Shown piece by piece: positions 20,693 to 30,730 of a stretch of DNA of 64,000 bases. Source of the stretch: a virus (taxonomy: Duplodnaviria; Caudoviricetes); the IMG/VR virus record IMGVR_UViG_3300034052_000013, positions 1 to 64,000 of that record; one strand, given 5' to 3'. How positions within the stretch are numbered: the first letter of the stretch is position 1; each line of letters begins with the position of its first letter. The notes beneath the pieces were generated by a model. That model had not been told where the DNA came from. It searched no databases and worked only from the letters and a program-made list of their open reading frames with translations. A program made the translations under genes and the position numbers.

Positions 20693-22602
20693 TGGATAAG
20701 GAAAATTATTTTGGTGTTCAAAAAACACCTTTAACTCAAGTTAGAACTAATAAAGATATTGCCTTAACAACAGGTGGTGCAGCTATGCAAGGTGCTCAAC
20801 TTGGTGCTCAATATGGTGGAGCTTGGGGTGCTGCTGCTGGAGCTGTAATTGGTGGAGGTGCAACTTTAGTAAAAAACATTCAATCTAAAAAGACTGAAGG
20901 TTACCAACTTGCAACAGATAAATCTTGGAACAACTTTGCAGATGATATGTCAAGACAAGTACGTCCTGGACAAGAGTTTGTAGGTGTTCAAGCAAGTCAT
21001 GGTTTTAAAAGTTCTAAAGATATGTATGTTGAAGCAGAAAATAATGAAGCTGTTCTAGATAAAAATTTAAAACTTAAATCTATTATTAAAGGTAGGACAC
21101 ATGAAGAAGGTGGAGAAAAAATTAAATTAAAAGCAGGAGAAAGTGTTGTTCCTGTTCAAGATGATTTACCTTCTTTCTTAAAAACCTATCAAAGACATGC
21201 TACAGGAAAAGATCTGAAAGCTACAAAATATATTAAAAACCTTGTTGACAGTGTTCCTGAGAATGAGGACTACGCTGCTGCAGGTACAAAAAATCAACCT
21301 TATAATAGGATTGTTTTAAAAGATAATTTACAAAATCAAATCCCTATGGGAGAAGATTTACAAAGCACAAATGCCTTAGCAACACCTGCACCAACATTTC
21401 AACAAGATTCTTGGAAAAATTATACAAGAGATGAAGACCCTTATGAATATCGTTATAATAACGATTTAGGACGTGTACAAGCTCGTAAAATTGCTGAAGG
21501 TCAAAAAGGTCAACCTTGGACAGAAATTACAACAGGAAGCATGAAAACGGCTACTATGAAGAATTTGTTTGGAGATGCTTTTACAGATGATTTAAATCTT
21601 GTTTATGGTATAGACCATGACCAACAAACTTATAAACCAAATCCTAATGAAGGTGCAGAAGAGTTTATGGGAAACATTGGGAGTATTAGTGCAAACAGTT
21701 TAACTGAAAACTCTACACCCACTACACCTGTTACTCCAAGTATAACACAAATCACAGACCCTATAACAGGACAAGTTGTAAATGTGAATCCTGGGTATTC
21801 AGTAGAGAATGACCCTATTTTAAAATCTATGGCAGCTTCTCAACAAGGGTCTCAAAACCCAGCAGCTGTGCCAGGACAAGATGCACTTGCTAATTATAAG
21901 TTACAAGATTATAAAGTTCAATCTAATCCTTTAGAATATGCTAAGATAGCATCAGATATATATTCTTACTCTCAACCTGCAGATAAGGTTACAGGGAGAT
22001 ATGTACAATCTTTAGATGCTAAATATACAGATATGTCAGCACCTCAACGTCAAGCTATTTTAGATGCTCAAGCTGCAACTTTAGGTAGTGTGAGAGGTTC
22101 TGGTTTATCAGCAGCTCAACAAACAGGTATAGCATCTATGGCTCAAGCTGGTACACAAAGAGCTTTAGCAGAGCTTAATGCTCAAAATGCAGGACGTTTT
22201 GATAATATTCAAATGGCTAATGTTGCAGGTAAAAATCAAGCTAATGCACTTAACACTCAAACAGCAATGGCTGTAGACCAACTTCAAGCTGAAAATAATG
22301 CAGCTCGTAGAGCATTTGGTAGAGAAGCTATGAAAGGTGTTGCTGAAAAAGCTCAATTAGGAACACAAGCTAAAAATGCTTATATTAAAAATAAAAATCA
22401 AGAGGTTATGGGTTTATTGCAAGCTCAAATAGTTGCAGACCCTAATAAATATATTACTACTAATGCAGATGGTAGTTTTGGGGTTAAAAAATATGATAAT
22501 AGTCAATATGGTTCAACACCTACATATCAAGCTGTAGAAGGTGAAGATGGAAGTCTTAATTGGCTTTTAAACGGTAAGTTGTGGGGTATTAACAGAAAAT
22601 AA
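20692..22602 (+). CDS. ejected cargo protein with Gly/Ala-rich membrane hairpin
   Basis: GGAAMQGAQLGAQYGGAWGAAAGAVIGGG, GRTHEEGG motif, Gln/Ala-rich helical C-terminus; no Cys. Confidence 0.65.
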   Translation: MDKENYFGVQKTPLTQVRTNKDIALTTGGAAMQGAQLGAQYGGAWGAAAGAVIGGGATLVKNIQSKKTEGYQLATDKSWNNFADDMSRQVRPGQEFVGVQASHGFKSSKDMYVEAENNEAVLDKNLKLKSIIKGRTHEEGGEKIKLKAGESVVPVQDDLPSFLKTYQRHATGKDLKATKYIKNLVDSVPENEDYAAAGTKNQPYNRIVLKDNLQNQIPMGEDLQSTNALATPAPTFQQDSWKNYTRDEDPYEYRYNNDLGRVQARKIAEGQKGQPWTEITTGSMKTATMKNLFGDAFTDDLNLVYGIDHDQQTYKPNPNEGAEEFMGNIGSISANSLTENSTPTTPVTPSITQITDPITGQVVNVNPGYSVENDPILKSMAASQQGSQNPAAVPGQDALANYKLQDYKVQSNPLEYAKIASDIYSYSQPADKVTGRYVQSLDAKYTDMSAPQRQAILDAQAATLGSVRGSGLSAAQQTGIASMAQAGTQRALAELNAQNAGRFDNIQMANVAGKNQANALNTQTAMAVDQLQAENNAARRAFGREAMKGVAEKAQLGTQAKNAYIKNKNQEVMGLLQAQIVADPNKYITTNADGSFGVKKYDNSQYGSTPTYQAVEGEDGSLNWLLNGKLWGINRK

Positions 22603-22608
22603 GATAAT

Positions 22609-25077
22609 ATGGGAATTAATAGATATGATAAACCAACAGATATTAATTACATACAAACGTATGTAGATCAGTATGTACCTCTTCCATTTGAAGCGATGCG
22701 TGAGAATGCTAAATATAGAGCTGTACAAGCTGACGCTGTACAAAAAGATTTAGACGCTCTTCAAGCTGAAACAGGTAAAAGGTTAGACCCTTTAGATACA
22801 GGTTTAAACAGAGAGTATATAATAGCTGTTAATAAAGATATTAAAGAAGCGTATGATGCTGTTGGAGGCGATGTTATTAAACTTAGACAATATGCAAAAG
22901 ACAAAGCTGCAGAAGTTAAAGGTTTTTATGAATATGGTCCAGGTTCTATTGGTGTGAAAACTGTAGAAGAAAAAAAAGCTTGGGAAGAGGTTGTTAAAAA
23001 AGGTGAAATGGATGCTGCTTATGTAGAACGAGCAAGTGAAGTTTCAGATGCTCTTTATCAAAAAAATAATGCAATGTTAGGTGGGGAAGCTTGGGAAGCT
23101 CCTATGGCCTATAAAAATATAGATATCTCTAAAAAAGGTACTGAAGCTAATCAACTAAAAGAGAGTTCACGAGAATCTTGGGGAGCTTTTGTTGATGGTA
23201 TTTCAGGTGACCCTACAGGTAAATATATCTCAGATGTTAAGAATGGTTATAAGAGTGTTTCAGAACAAAGGGTTTATGATTGGTTTAAAAGTTCAATTTA
23301 CCAAGATGCAGATTTTGATAATAAAGTTAGAGCTCACTATACATTAGCTACAAAAACAGCTGAAGTAATGGGTAAAGATTTTTATAAAGAGTCTGGTATT
23401 GTTCCTAAAGACCATAAGGGTAATATTATACCTAACCCAACTGACTACGATTATTATACAGCTTACAAAGACCAGATGTTTATGGAAACTATACAAGGGT
23501 TTGTGAAAGCAATTCCTCATAGTGAGACTACACAATCGGGTTCTGTAAAAGAGACTGCAGAACAAACTGCAAAAGGTACAAAAAAAGGTACTGAATATAG
23601 TACACCTTTTAGTGTAATGAGTACAATACCTTTAAAAAATCCAGGATACGACCAAGATGTTGTTGACAATCCTGATGAAGCTTCTGCTAAAATGGGGGAT
23701 AAGGCTAGTAAAACTACAACTACTTTTACAGATGGTGTAGCGACAATAATGTCTAAAACATCTTTTTTTAAAAATGTTGGGCAAAAAGATGCTAAACAAA
23801 ACTTTCAAAATGCAGTTAATGCTTATATTAAAAATAATAATTTAGAAAGTGATAAAGGTTCTGCAGAAACAAATATGAAAATCTTTATGGGTAAATTAGT
23901 AGGTGGAGGCCCTAAAGCAGAGGCTGCTGCAATTGCTATGGGATTTACTAAAGAAGGGGTAAAAGAGTTAAAACAAACTGCAAAAAATATGTGGAATGAA
24001 GAGGTTAATGCTAACTATCAATTAATGAAAGCTTTAGTGCCAAATCTTCCAGAAGATTATGCTGCTATACTTAAACAACAATGGCAAGCCTACACAACAC
24101 AAGGTCTTTCTGTGAATGCAAACCACAATAATGTAAGTTTCTTACCTAAAGTAAACACTCCAGAGTATAATAAACTTCAACCACAAGTTAAACTTATTAC
24201 TGCTATCGCTCATGGTGATGAAGATGAGATAGAGAAGTTATTTGAAAAATACGAATCAACAGAAGCTAATGGGGCGGAAATTAACATCGGTTTTGCAAGA
24301 CGAATTAGTGAAACTGTTGCAGAGAATATGGCAGCAACTAAAAACCTTAATGTAGAACAACCTTTTACTAATTATATTCCTGTAAGTAATGACAACACAT
24401 CTCATGATGCAGGACAAGCCGTTCTGAAAGATTTTAATAAATTTATTAAAAAAGAAGGGGATAAAATTTGGAATAATGAAACTGTAGATGTTTTATTAAC
24501 AGATGGTACAGTTAAAACAGTTAAGGAGTACTATGAAGGTATATACGGAACTGCGGCCAAAGCTAAAGAAACTTTTTATAAAGATCTTGAAAAAAATGAT
24601 TTCACTTTTGGTGGGAAAGTTCAAGATGGTTTAGTTTTTAAATTAGGTAGTGGTATTTCTTTTAAAATGGATGAATCTTCTAGTTTTAACTTTAACACAG
24701 GTATCATAGATCCGATAGCTAATATAGAAATGCAAGTAAAAAGTCAACTTTCAAATGTTAAAGCGAGAAATGGGATGTGGGTAGACCCTAACTATCAAAT
24801 CACTACACAAATTGATAAAAGTGACAAGGGTCATACCGTTGCTAATATCACCGCTGCTTTAAAAGGTTCAGACGGTAAGTTCCACTACATACCAGCTCAA
24901 GAGGCTGAGAATTATTTATTTGAAATGGAAAAATTAAATTCAGGTCTAATGATAGTACCCCCTTCACAAGAAGGTGCAGGTGGTTATATGGTAACACAAC
25001 CAAATGGAGACCACCATGTATATAGTAAATTAGAAGATGCTAAAGCAGCTTTAACACAAATTTATATTAATAAATAA
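22609..25077 (+). CDS. ejected cargo/internal virion protein
   Basis: N-terminal YIQTYVDQYVPLPFE; helical; no Cys; position in the cargo cluster. Confidence 0.6.
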   Translation: MGINRYDKPTDINYIQTYVDQYVPLPFEAMRENAKYRAVQADAVQKDLDALQAETGKRLDPLDTGLNREYIIAVNKDIKEAYDAVGGDVIKLRQYAKDKAAEVKGFYEYGPGSIGVKTVEEKKAWEEVVKKGEMDAAYVERASEVSDALYQKNNAMLGGEAWEAPMAYKNIDISKKGTEANQLKESSRESWGAFVDGISGDPTGKYISDVKNGYKSVSEQRVYDWFKSSIYQDADFDNKVRAHYTLATKTAEVMGKDFYKESGIVPKDHKGNIIPNPTDYDYYTAYKDQMFMETIQGFVKAIPHSETTQSGSVKETAEQTAKGTKKGTEYSTPFSVMSTIPLKNPGYDQDVVDNPDEASAKMGDKASKTTTTFTDGVATIMSKTSFFKNVGQKDAKQNFQNAVNAYIKNNNLESDKGSAETNMKIFMGKLVGGGPKAEAAAIAMGFTKEGVKELKQTAKNMWNEEVNANYQLMKALVPNLPEDYAAILKQQWQAYTTQGLSVNANHNNVSFLPKVNTPEYNKLQPQVKLITAIAHGDEDEIEKLFEKYESTEANGAEINIGFARRISETVAENMAATKNLNVEQPFTNYIPVSNDNTSHDAGQAVLKDFNKFIKKEGDKIWNNETVDVLLTDGTVKTVKEYYEGIYGTAAKAKETFYKDLEKNDFTFGGKVQDGLVFKLGSGISFKMDESSSFNFNTGIIDPIANIEMQVKSQLSNVKARNGMWVDPNYQITTQIDKSDKGHTVANITAALKGSDGKFHYIPAQEAENYLFEMEKLNSGLMIVPPSQEGAGGYMVTQPNGDHHVYSKLEDAKAALTQIYINK

Positions 25078-25084
25078 GAAAAGT

Positions 25085-28000
25085 ATGTTAGGAGAAGACC
25101 CAATTATAATCCCTAAAGAAGAGGGAGATAAAATAGCACAGCAAAATATAGATGCTATAAGAGCTGCACAACTTCAACAAGATAGAGGTTTTAGTTTCTT
25201 ACATGCACCACAAAATGTAAAAGGTGCTAGTGACACTAGATTAGAAAATTTATACGAGGCTGGTATCAACCCTCAATTAGCTTTATTTGATGACAACTAT
25301 GATGTCAACCAACAACTTTATGATAGACAAAGTTGGGGGGAAGCTTTAGGTACTGCTGTTGGTGGTGGTATTGTTAAAGGTGCTTTAACTTTAGGTGAAA
25401 CTGTAGGGTATTTAGGTGCTGTATGGGATTATGATAATTTAGTAGGTGCAACTTCAGATTTAGATGAGGGTGTTACTAATGCTTTATCTGATACTATGAC
25501 AGAGTGGAAAAAAGAATTTGATGAAGCTAATCCAATTTACTCACAAGGAACAGGTGATGCAGGTTGGTGGATGCAAGGTATTCAATCTACAATAGATTCT
25601 GCAGTAGGTTTTGGTGTTCCTGGTGGGGCTATAGCAAAAGGTATAGGGTTAGCTGTAAAAGCATTAGCAAATCCAATTGTCCGTGAAACCGTTAAGAATG
25701 TTGGTACATCTTTACTATTAAATAGAGTGGAGTCTCAAATGATGGGTAAAGAATTGTATAATAACACAATGCAAAAAGCTTTAGCTGAAGGTTTAGATTA
25801 TTCAGAAGCTAGTCGTATTGCCCAAGAAAAACAACAAGAGTTTATGGTTAGAAACTACTCTAATACACTTTTTAATGCTGTGGGGTTAAGTAAAGCTTTA
25901 CGTAATTCTTATATGTTAAAAGGTGGAGCTGAAAAAGCTCTTAAATATGGTTGGGTAAAAGAGCAAACTTTAAACGCTTTTTCAGAGTCTTTAGAAGAAG
26001 GTGCTTCAGGTTTTTTACAAACTGAATCTGAAAGAGATGCAGATTTAGAATTAGGTATGAGAAAATCTGATGGGTCTAGTATGCTTGGTAGAGTTGGGGA
26101 CTATGTATCTTCTGCTCAAGGTATTACTGAAATGACTTTTGGTGCTATGGGTGGACCTTTCCAACATGGTCTTACAAGAGCTATTGGTGGTATGAATGAA
26201 GCTTACAATAAGAAAGTGGGCAACACATCTTTTACAGAAGAAGCTCCTACACAGTCTTCAGCAACTGTTGCTAAACCTAAATCTACAGTTACTAACCCAG
26301 GAGATTTAAAAGAATATTTACAAAAAAAACACCCAGGTTTAGAAGATGCAAAACTAGAACAAGTTATATCAGGTCAACTTAATGATGAAGCTCTTGAGAA
26401 ATCTAAAGCTGAATGGGAGAAAAAGAATACTCAATGGGAAGACCATAAAACTAAAAATAAAGATTATTATGAAGAGCAAGAGAAACTTGCTAAAGAAAAA
26501 GAAGAATACTCACTTTGGGAAAAGCGTAAGACAGATTTTGAAAAGAAACAACGTTCAAAAGAGCAGATGGATAAGACAGGAACTATTGCTCAAACAACTG
26601 AAGAGATTTCTACTTTTTTAAAAAATGATGTTAAACTTGAGCAAGAGTATCAACAAGCTTTAAAAGAGGGAGATGATATAAAAGCTAAAGATATTGAAAA
26701 TCAAAGATTTGAAACAATGTTTTTACGACATGCTCAAAAAGAGTCTGTGTTTAGAGATGGGGCTAAACCAGATGGGTCTTTACAATCAGCTTTAGAAGAA
26801 CATATAGCTAAAGGTAAAGAAGCAAATGCTACAGTAGAAGATAAAGCTGCTGCTGTTAAAGCTCAAACATTCTTAGATAAATTACCTGCATACAGAGATA
26901 TGTATAAAAAAATTAGAAAGAATAATCCAGGACTTGAGGATTATGCTTTTAGATTACTTGCTCGTAAAGAAAGTGTGGACAGTGTAATAGAACAATTAAA
27001 TGCAGAAGTAGAAAAAGCTAAAGTTGATATTGCTAAATCTGTAGCAAATACTATGGGAGTTACAGTATCTCCTTTAGAAACAAAAATTATAGAACTTAAT
27101 CAAGAATTAGTAGCGTTAAAAGAAATGAAAGAGGACGCACTAAGAAAAGGTAATATGGAAGCTTTAAGCTTATTTGACAAACGTGTTGAAAAAGTTGAAG
27201 CTTTAAAAAAACAAACTGAAGAGTTGAGAGAGCAAGATTCAAATAAATTATCTGCTGCTGATATACAAGAAGTTAATAAACGTGTTGCTGAACAAAAAGA
27301 TTATCTTGATAAAGTTAAAGCTCGTACAGATGCTTTAGTAGCTTATGATGCTATCAGTTCTGCATATAGTAGAGTTGTTGATGGAAGTTTAGCTAAGACT
27401 GTTGAAAAAGAACGTGTAGAACATATTAAAGAGTCTATTGAACAAATGTCAACAGGTTCTGAAGTACTTAAAGTGCAACGTCTTTTAGACAATCTAAAAG
27501 TGAACACCTCATCAAAAGTTAAATTAGAAAAACAATTTAAAGCTAAAAAAGAAACTTTAACTAAAGCAAAAGAAGTTGCTGAAAAAGCTTATGAACAAAA
27601 GCAACAACAAGTAGAAGCTTTTAAAAAGAAAAAACAATCTTTAGCAGATGATAAAAAACTAAGAGTTAAAAGAATAAAAACACTTGAAAAAGCTTTAAAA
27701 AATTATCAAGATAAACCAGGATACGAAGAAGCTGTATCTTATGCTTTAATGGAACTTCAAGAACTTCAAGAACAAGCTCCGGATTATAAAGCTGAACAAC
27801 TTCTTATAGAAGCAGGGATTCTAGAATTAGAAGCAGAATTAGAAAATTTAAATTCTAAATATACATTTGATTTTAAAGCTGCTTTAGAAAAAGCTGCTAA
27901 AAAAGAACACCTGTCTCCTAGTGAAGCTGATGGTGTTGCAAATGCTACTGGAAATACTGCAGGAAATACAATGGCTGCAGGTGTTAGATCACAAACAGAT

Positions 28001-30163
28001 TCCCAAAATAATCAAAAAGCAGAACGTGGTACTGTTATACATGGTACTGCAAAAGGTGGACTTACAGAAAGTGAAGTTCCAACTGCTCCTACAAGAAGTG
28101 TTGCTTATGTTTCTCACTCAGGAGATAAAGGTAATAAAACTTTAAATGAAGATGAGGTTATTGGAGATTGGTTAGAAACTACAAAAGATCTTAATAAAGA
28201 AGGTACTGTTTTAGAAATGCAACCTATAACATCTTCAAAACCATATCATACTGATGAAGAAGTTGCAGCTATAACTTTATTTAAAAAAGTTTCAAAAAGA
28301 AAAGTGAAAAACCCTCTTACAGAAGAAGAGGTAAAAGTTTTGAGACACTTGCCTATGACATTTGTTTTCAAAAAAGATGGTGAAGTTATTATGCATAATG
28401 GTCACCCTGTTGTAGGGAATGTACCAAGAGGTAAGACTCATTCAGATTTAGTTGAAAGAGGTATGATGGTACAGAAGCATTTAAATGAAGGTGTTTATAC
28501 AACAACTGTAACTAAGGTTCATCAAGGAATATTTAAAGTTGAAGAAGACGAAACTTCACAAGCTTTTTCAGGACATATTAAAGATGTTTTTGGAGATGTT
28601 ACATTAGCTATTTCAGACGGTCAAAATTTATATACAAACTTTTCAAGCAATGGTCATACAAAAGCTGAGATTAATGCTTCAAAATCTACTCCAGGTTTTA
28701 CTTATGCTATAGTTCGTACTGCTAATGGTACATTATATCCAATGAGATTAAATCTAAGAAAGTTAGATATGATTGAAAGTAAAGCTCTTGCTACAGCTGT
28801 GGCTCACATTGCATCAGGTACAGCACCAAATGCAGAGATAAAAGATGTACCAGGTTTTGCTGGGTTATCTTACTTACAACTTATAAACCTACTAGTTTAT
28901 GAAGGTTCTAATACAGTAACTTCAAGTTCACATTTTCATATAGATTTAGTTAATAAAGTATTAAAGATAAACGACAATGAAATACCTTTTACTGATGTTA
29001 AAAAGAACTTAAGTGCTATTGAAGACTATGTTTCTAATATGTATCGTACAGTTCGTTCTGACGGATTAAACACAACATTTGAAAAAATGAATTTAGGTAT
29101 TAGTGACTCTTTTACTTGGAAAGGTAAAGAAGTTAAATATAATGCTAACTATAATGAATTCCTATATGGTGATGTTGTTCAAAATGAACATGGTGTTAAG
29201 ACAGGTGTATTAAGTACGAATGCTATAAAACAACCTAATGGTGCTGTGTTTATTCAACCTTATGTAGAATATAAATCTCCTGATTTAATCAAACCCCCTA
29301 AGAAAGAAGTAGCTACACCTAAGACTGAAGCTGCTCCAGTTAGAGAAGAATCTTCTGATGTAAACCAAGAGCAAATTATTTCATCTAAGATTAAAGGTTA
29401 TCAAGACACTGTTACAAACTCTTCAGATCCAATAATTATAGCTGAAGCTTTACGTGATATGTTAACTTATTTTGAAAGTTTAGACAGTCAAGCCTTGGAT
29501 ACAATAATAGTTGATACCGTATCTTTACCAGATATTGAAATCCCTACGCTTAAAGATTATATAGAATTCCTTTCGTCAAGAGGGGCTAAGTTAAGTTCTT
29601 TAAATGTCACTGCTGAAGAATATAACATCTCAGAAGGGACACCTCATGAAACTCTTACAGGAATGCAGATTATATCAAGAGGTGTTCATCGAGGTGGAAA
29701 ATTAATCATTAAAGGTGAAGCAATCAACTATCCAAATGCTGTTAAAGAAGTTAAATCTGTAGAAGAGATAGTTGAAACCACTAGTCAAGAAACTTCACAA
29801 GAATTTGTAGGGCCTTTTACTAACCCTCTAATTAGAGAGTTTGTTAATGAAACTTTAACTACAGGTTATCCAGGTGCTTTACAATCTAAAGCTTTTGAAA
29901 ACCTTTCAGAAGAGGATAAAGATATTGTTATGCAAAAACTTTCAGACCCGTTAGCTGAACCTTTTGAAAACATCACTAAACCTAAAGAAGTTGAAAAAGT
30001 TGTTGAAAATACAGTTGAAGAAGAGGTTGAAGAATTTGAAATACCAGCTTCTGAAAATAGTGTAGGTTTACCAACTTCTCAGACTGAAGAAGATAACGCT
30101 GCGATGTGTGGAAAAGGTGTTACAAAAAAACCTACAGTTAAAAGGGGTGTTAAGAAGCTGTAA
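25085..30163 (+). CDS. giant internal virion protein preceding the vRNAP
   Basis: 1692 aa; Gly-rich hydrophobic N-terminal segments and a long coiled coil; first of the three giant genes typical of crAss-like phages. Confidence 0.65.
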   Translation: MLGEDPIIIPKEEGDKIAQQNIDAIRAAQLQQDRGFSFLHAPQNVKGASDTRLENLYEAGINPQLALFDDNYDVNQQLYDRQSWGEALGTAVGGGIVKGALTLGETVGYLGAVWDYDNLVGATSDLDEGVTNALSDTMTEWKKEFDEANPIYSQGTGDAGWWMQGIQSTIDSAVGFGVPGGAIAKGIGLAVKALANPIVRETVKNVGTSLLLNRVESQMMGKELYNNTMQKALAEGLDYSEASRIAQEKQQEFMVRNYSNTLFNAVGLSKALRNSYMLKGGAEKALKYGWVKEQTLNAFSESLEEGASGFLQTESERDADLELGMRKSDGSSMLGRVGDYVSSAQGITEMTFGAMGGPFQHGLTRAIGGMNEAYNKKVGNTSFTEEAPTQSSATVAKPKSTVTNPGDLKEYLQKKHPGLEDAKLEQVISGQLNDEALEKSKAEWEKKNTQWEDHKTKNKDYYEEQEKLAKEKEEYSLWEKRKTDFEKKQRSKEQMDKTGTIAQTTEEISTFLKNDVKLEQEYQQALKEGDDIKAKDIENQRFETMFLRHAQKESVFRDGAKPDGSLQSALEEHIAKGKEANATVEDKAAAVKAQTFLDKLPAYRDMYKKIRKNNPGLEDYAFRLLARKESVDSVIEQLNAEVEKAKVDIAKSVANTMGVTVSPLETKIIELNQELVALKEMKEDALRKGNMEALSLFDKRVEKVEALKKQTEELREQDSNKLSAADIQEVNKRVAEQKDYLDKVKARTDALVAYDAISSAYSRVVDGSLAKTVEKERVEHIKESIEQMSTGSEVLKVQRLLDNLKVNTSSKVKLEKQFKAKKETLTKAKEVAEKAYEQKQQQVEAFKKKKQSLADDKKLRVKRIKTLEKALKNYQDKPGYEEAVSYALMELQELQEQAPDYKAEQLLIEAGILELEAELENLNSKYTFDFKAALEKAAKKEHLSPSEADGVANATGNTAGNTMAAGVRSQTDSQNNQKAERGTVIHGTAKGGLTESEVPTAPTRSVAYVSHSGDKGNKTLNEDEVIGDWLETTKDLNKEGTVLEMQPITSSKPYHTDEEVAAITLFKKVSKRKVKNPLTEEEVKVLRHLPMTFVFKKDGEVIMHNGHPVVGNVPRGKTHSDLVERGMMVQKHLNEGVYTTTVTKVHQGIFKVEEDETSQAFSGHIKDVFGDVTLAISDGQNLYTNFSSNGHTKAEINASKSTPGFTYAIVRTANGTLYPMRLNLRKLDMIESKALATAVAHIASGTAPNAEIKDVPGFAGLSYLQLINLLVYEGSNTVTSSSHFHIDLVNKVLKINDNEIPFTDVKKNLSAIEDYVSNMYRTVRSDGLNTTFEKMNLGISDSFTWKGKEVKYNANYNEFLYGDVVQNEHGVKTGVLSTNAIKQPNGAVFIQPYVEYKSPDLIKPPKKEVATPKTEAAPVREESSDVNQEQIISSKIKGYQDTVTNSSDPIIIAEALRDMLTYFESLDSQALDTIIVDTVSLPDIEIPTLKDYIEFLSSRGAKLSSLNVTAEEYNISEGTPHETLTGMQIISRGVHRGGKLIIKGEAINYPNAVKEVKSVEEIVETTSQETSQEFVGPFTNPLIREFVNETLTTGYPGALQSKAFENLSEEDKDIVMQKLSDPLAEPFENITKPKEVEKVVENTVEEEVEEFEIPASENSVGLPTSQTEEDNAAMCGKGVTKKPTVKRGVKKL

Positions 30164-30203
30164 AAATAACTGTTTTAATTAGTTATTATTAAAATTTATT
30201 TCG

Positions 30204-30211
30204 TATATTTG
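30204..30211 (+). promoter_or_regulatory. Bacteroidota-type -7 promoter element TATATTTG
   Basis: 19 nt before the ferritin ATG. Confidence 0.7.
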
Positions 30212-30230
30212 TTAAATTAAAATAATTATT

Positions 30231-30725
30231 ATGTTTATAAGTACCAATATTGAGAAATTGCTTAACTTTCGTATAGAACAAGAAGAAGCTTCAAGTCGTT
30301 TATATTTAGCTATCAGTAAAAAATTAGATTATCTAGGTTTTTTTGGTGCAGGTGAATTGTGGAAAAAATACTCTGATGAAGAGTTAAAACATGCACAATG
30401 GGCTTATGAGTTTTTAGAAAATTTAGATATACTTCCTTGTGTACCTTCTTTGGAAAAACCTGATATGAAAGATATTACATGTATTATAGATGCAATAGAT
30501 TTAAGTTTAGCACATGAAGAGTTGATTACAAAACAGTGTAATGATTTAGCTAAAGCTGCAAATGATGAAGGTGATTATATGACTTTAGGTTTAGCTTTAA
30601 GATTTGTGCAAGAACAAAATGAAGAGCTTGCTAAAATTATGTATTGGAAAAACAGATATGACATTGTAGGAGAAAGTTCTGAAGGTGTTTATATGTTAGA
30701 TAAAGAAATGCAATCTAAAATTTAA
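30231..30725 (+). CDS. ferritin (non-haem FtnA-like)
   Basis: Ferroxidase-type residues: EQEEASSRLY, DEELKHA, HEELIT, FVQEQNEE. Confidence 0.85.
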   Translation: MFISTNIEKLLNFRIEQEEASSRLYLAISKKLDYLGFFGAGELWKKYSDEELKHAQWAYEFLENLDILPCVPSLEKPDMKDITCIIDAIDLSLAHEELITKQCNDLAKAANDEGDYMTLGLALRFVQEQNEELAKIMYWKNRYDIVGESSEGVYMLDKEMQSKI

Positions 30726-30730
30726 TTTTT

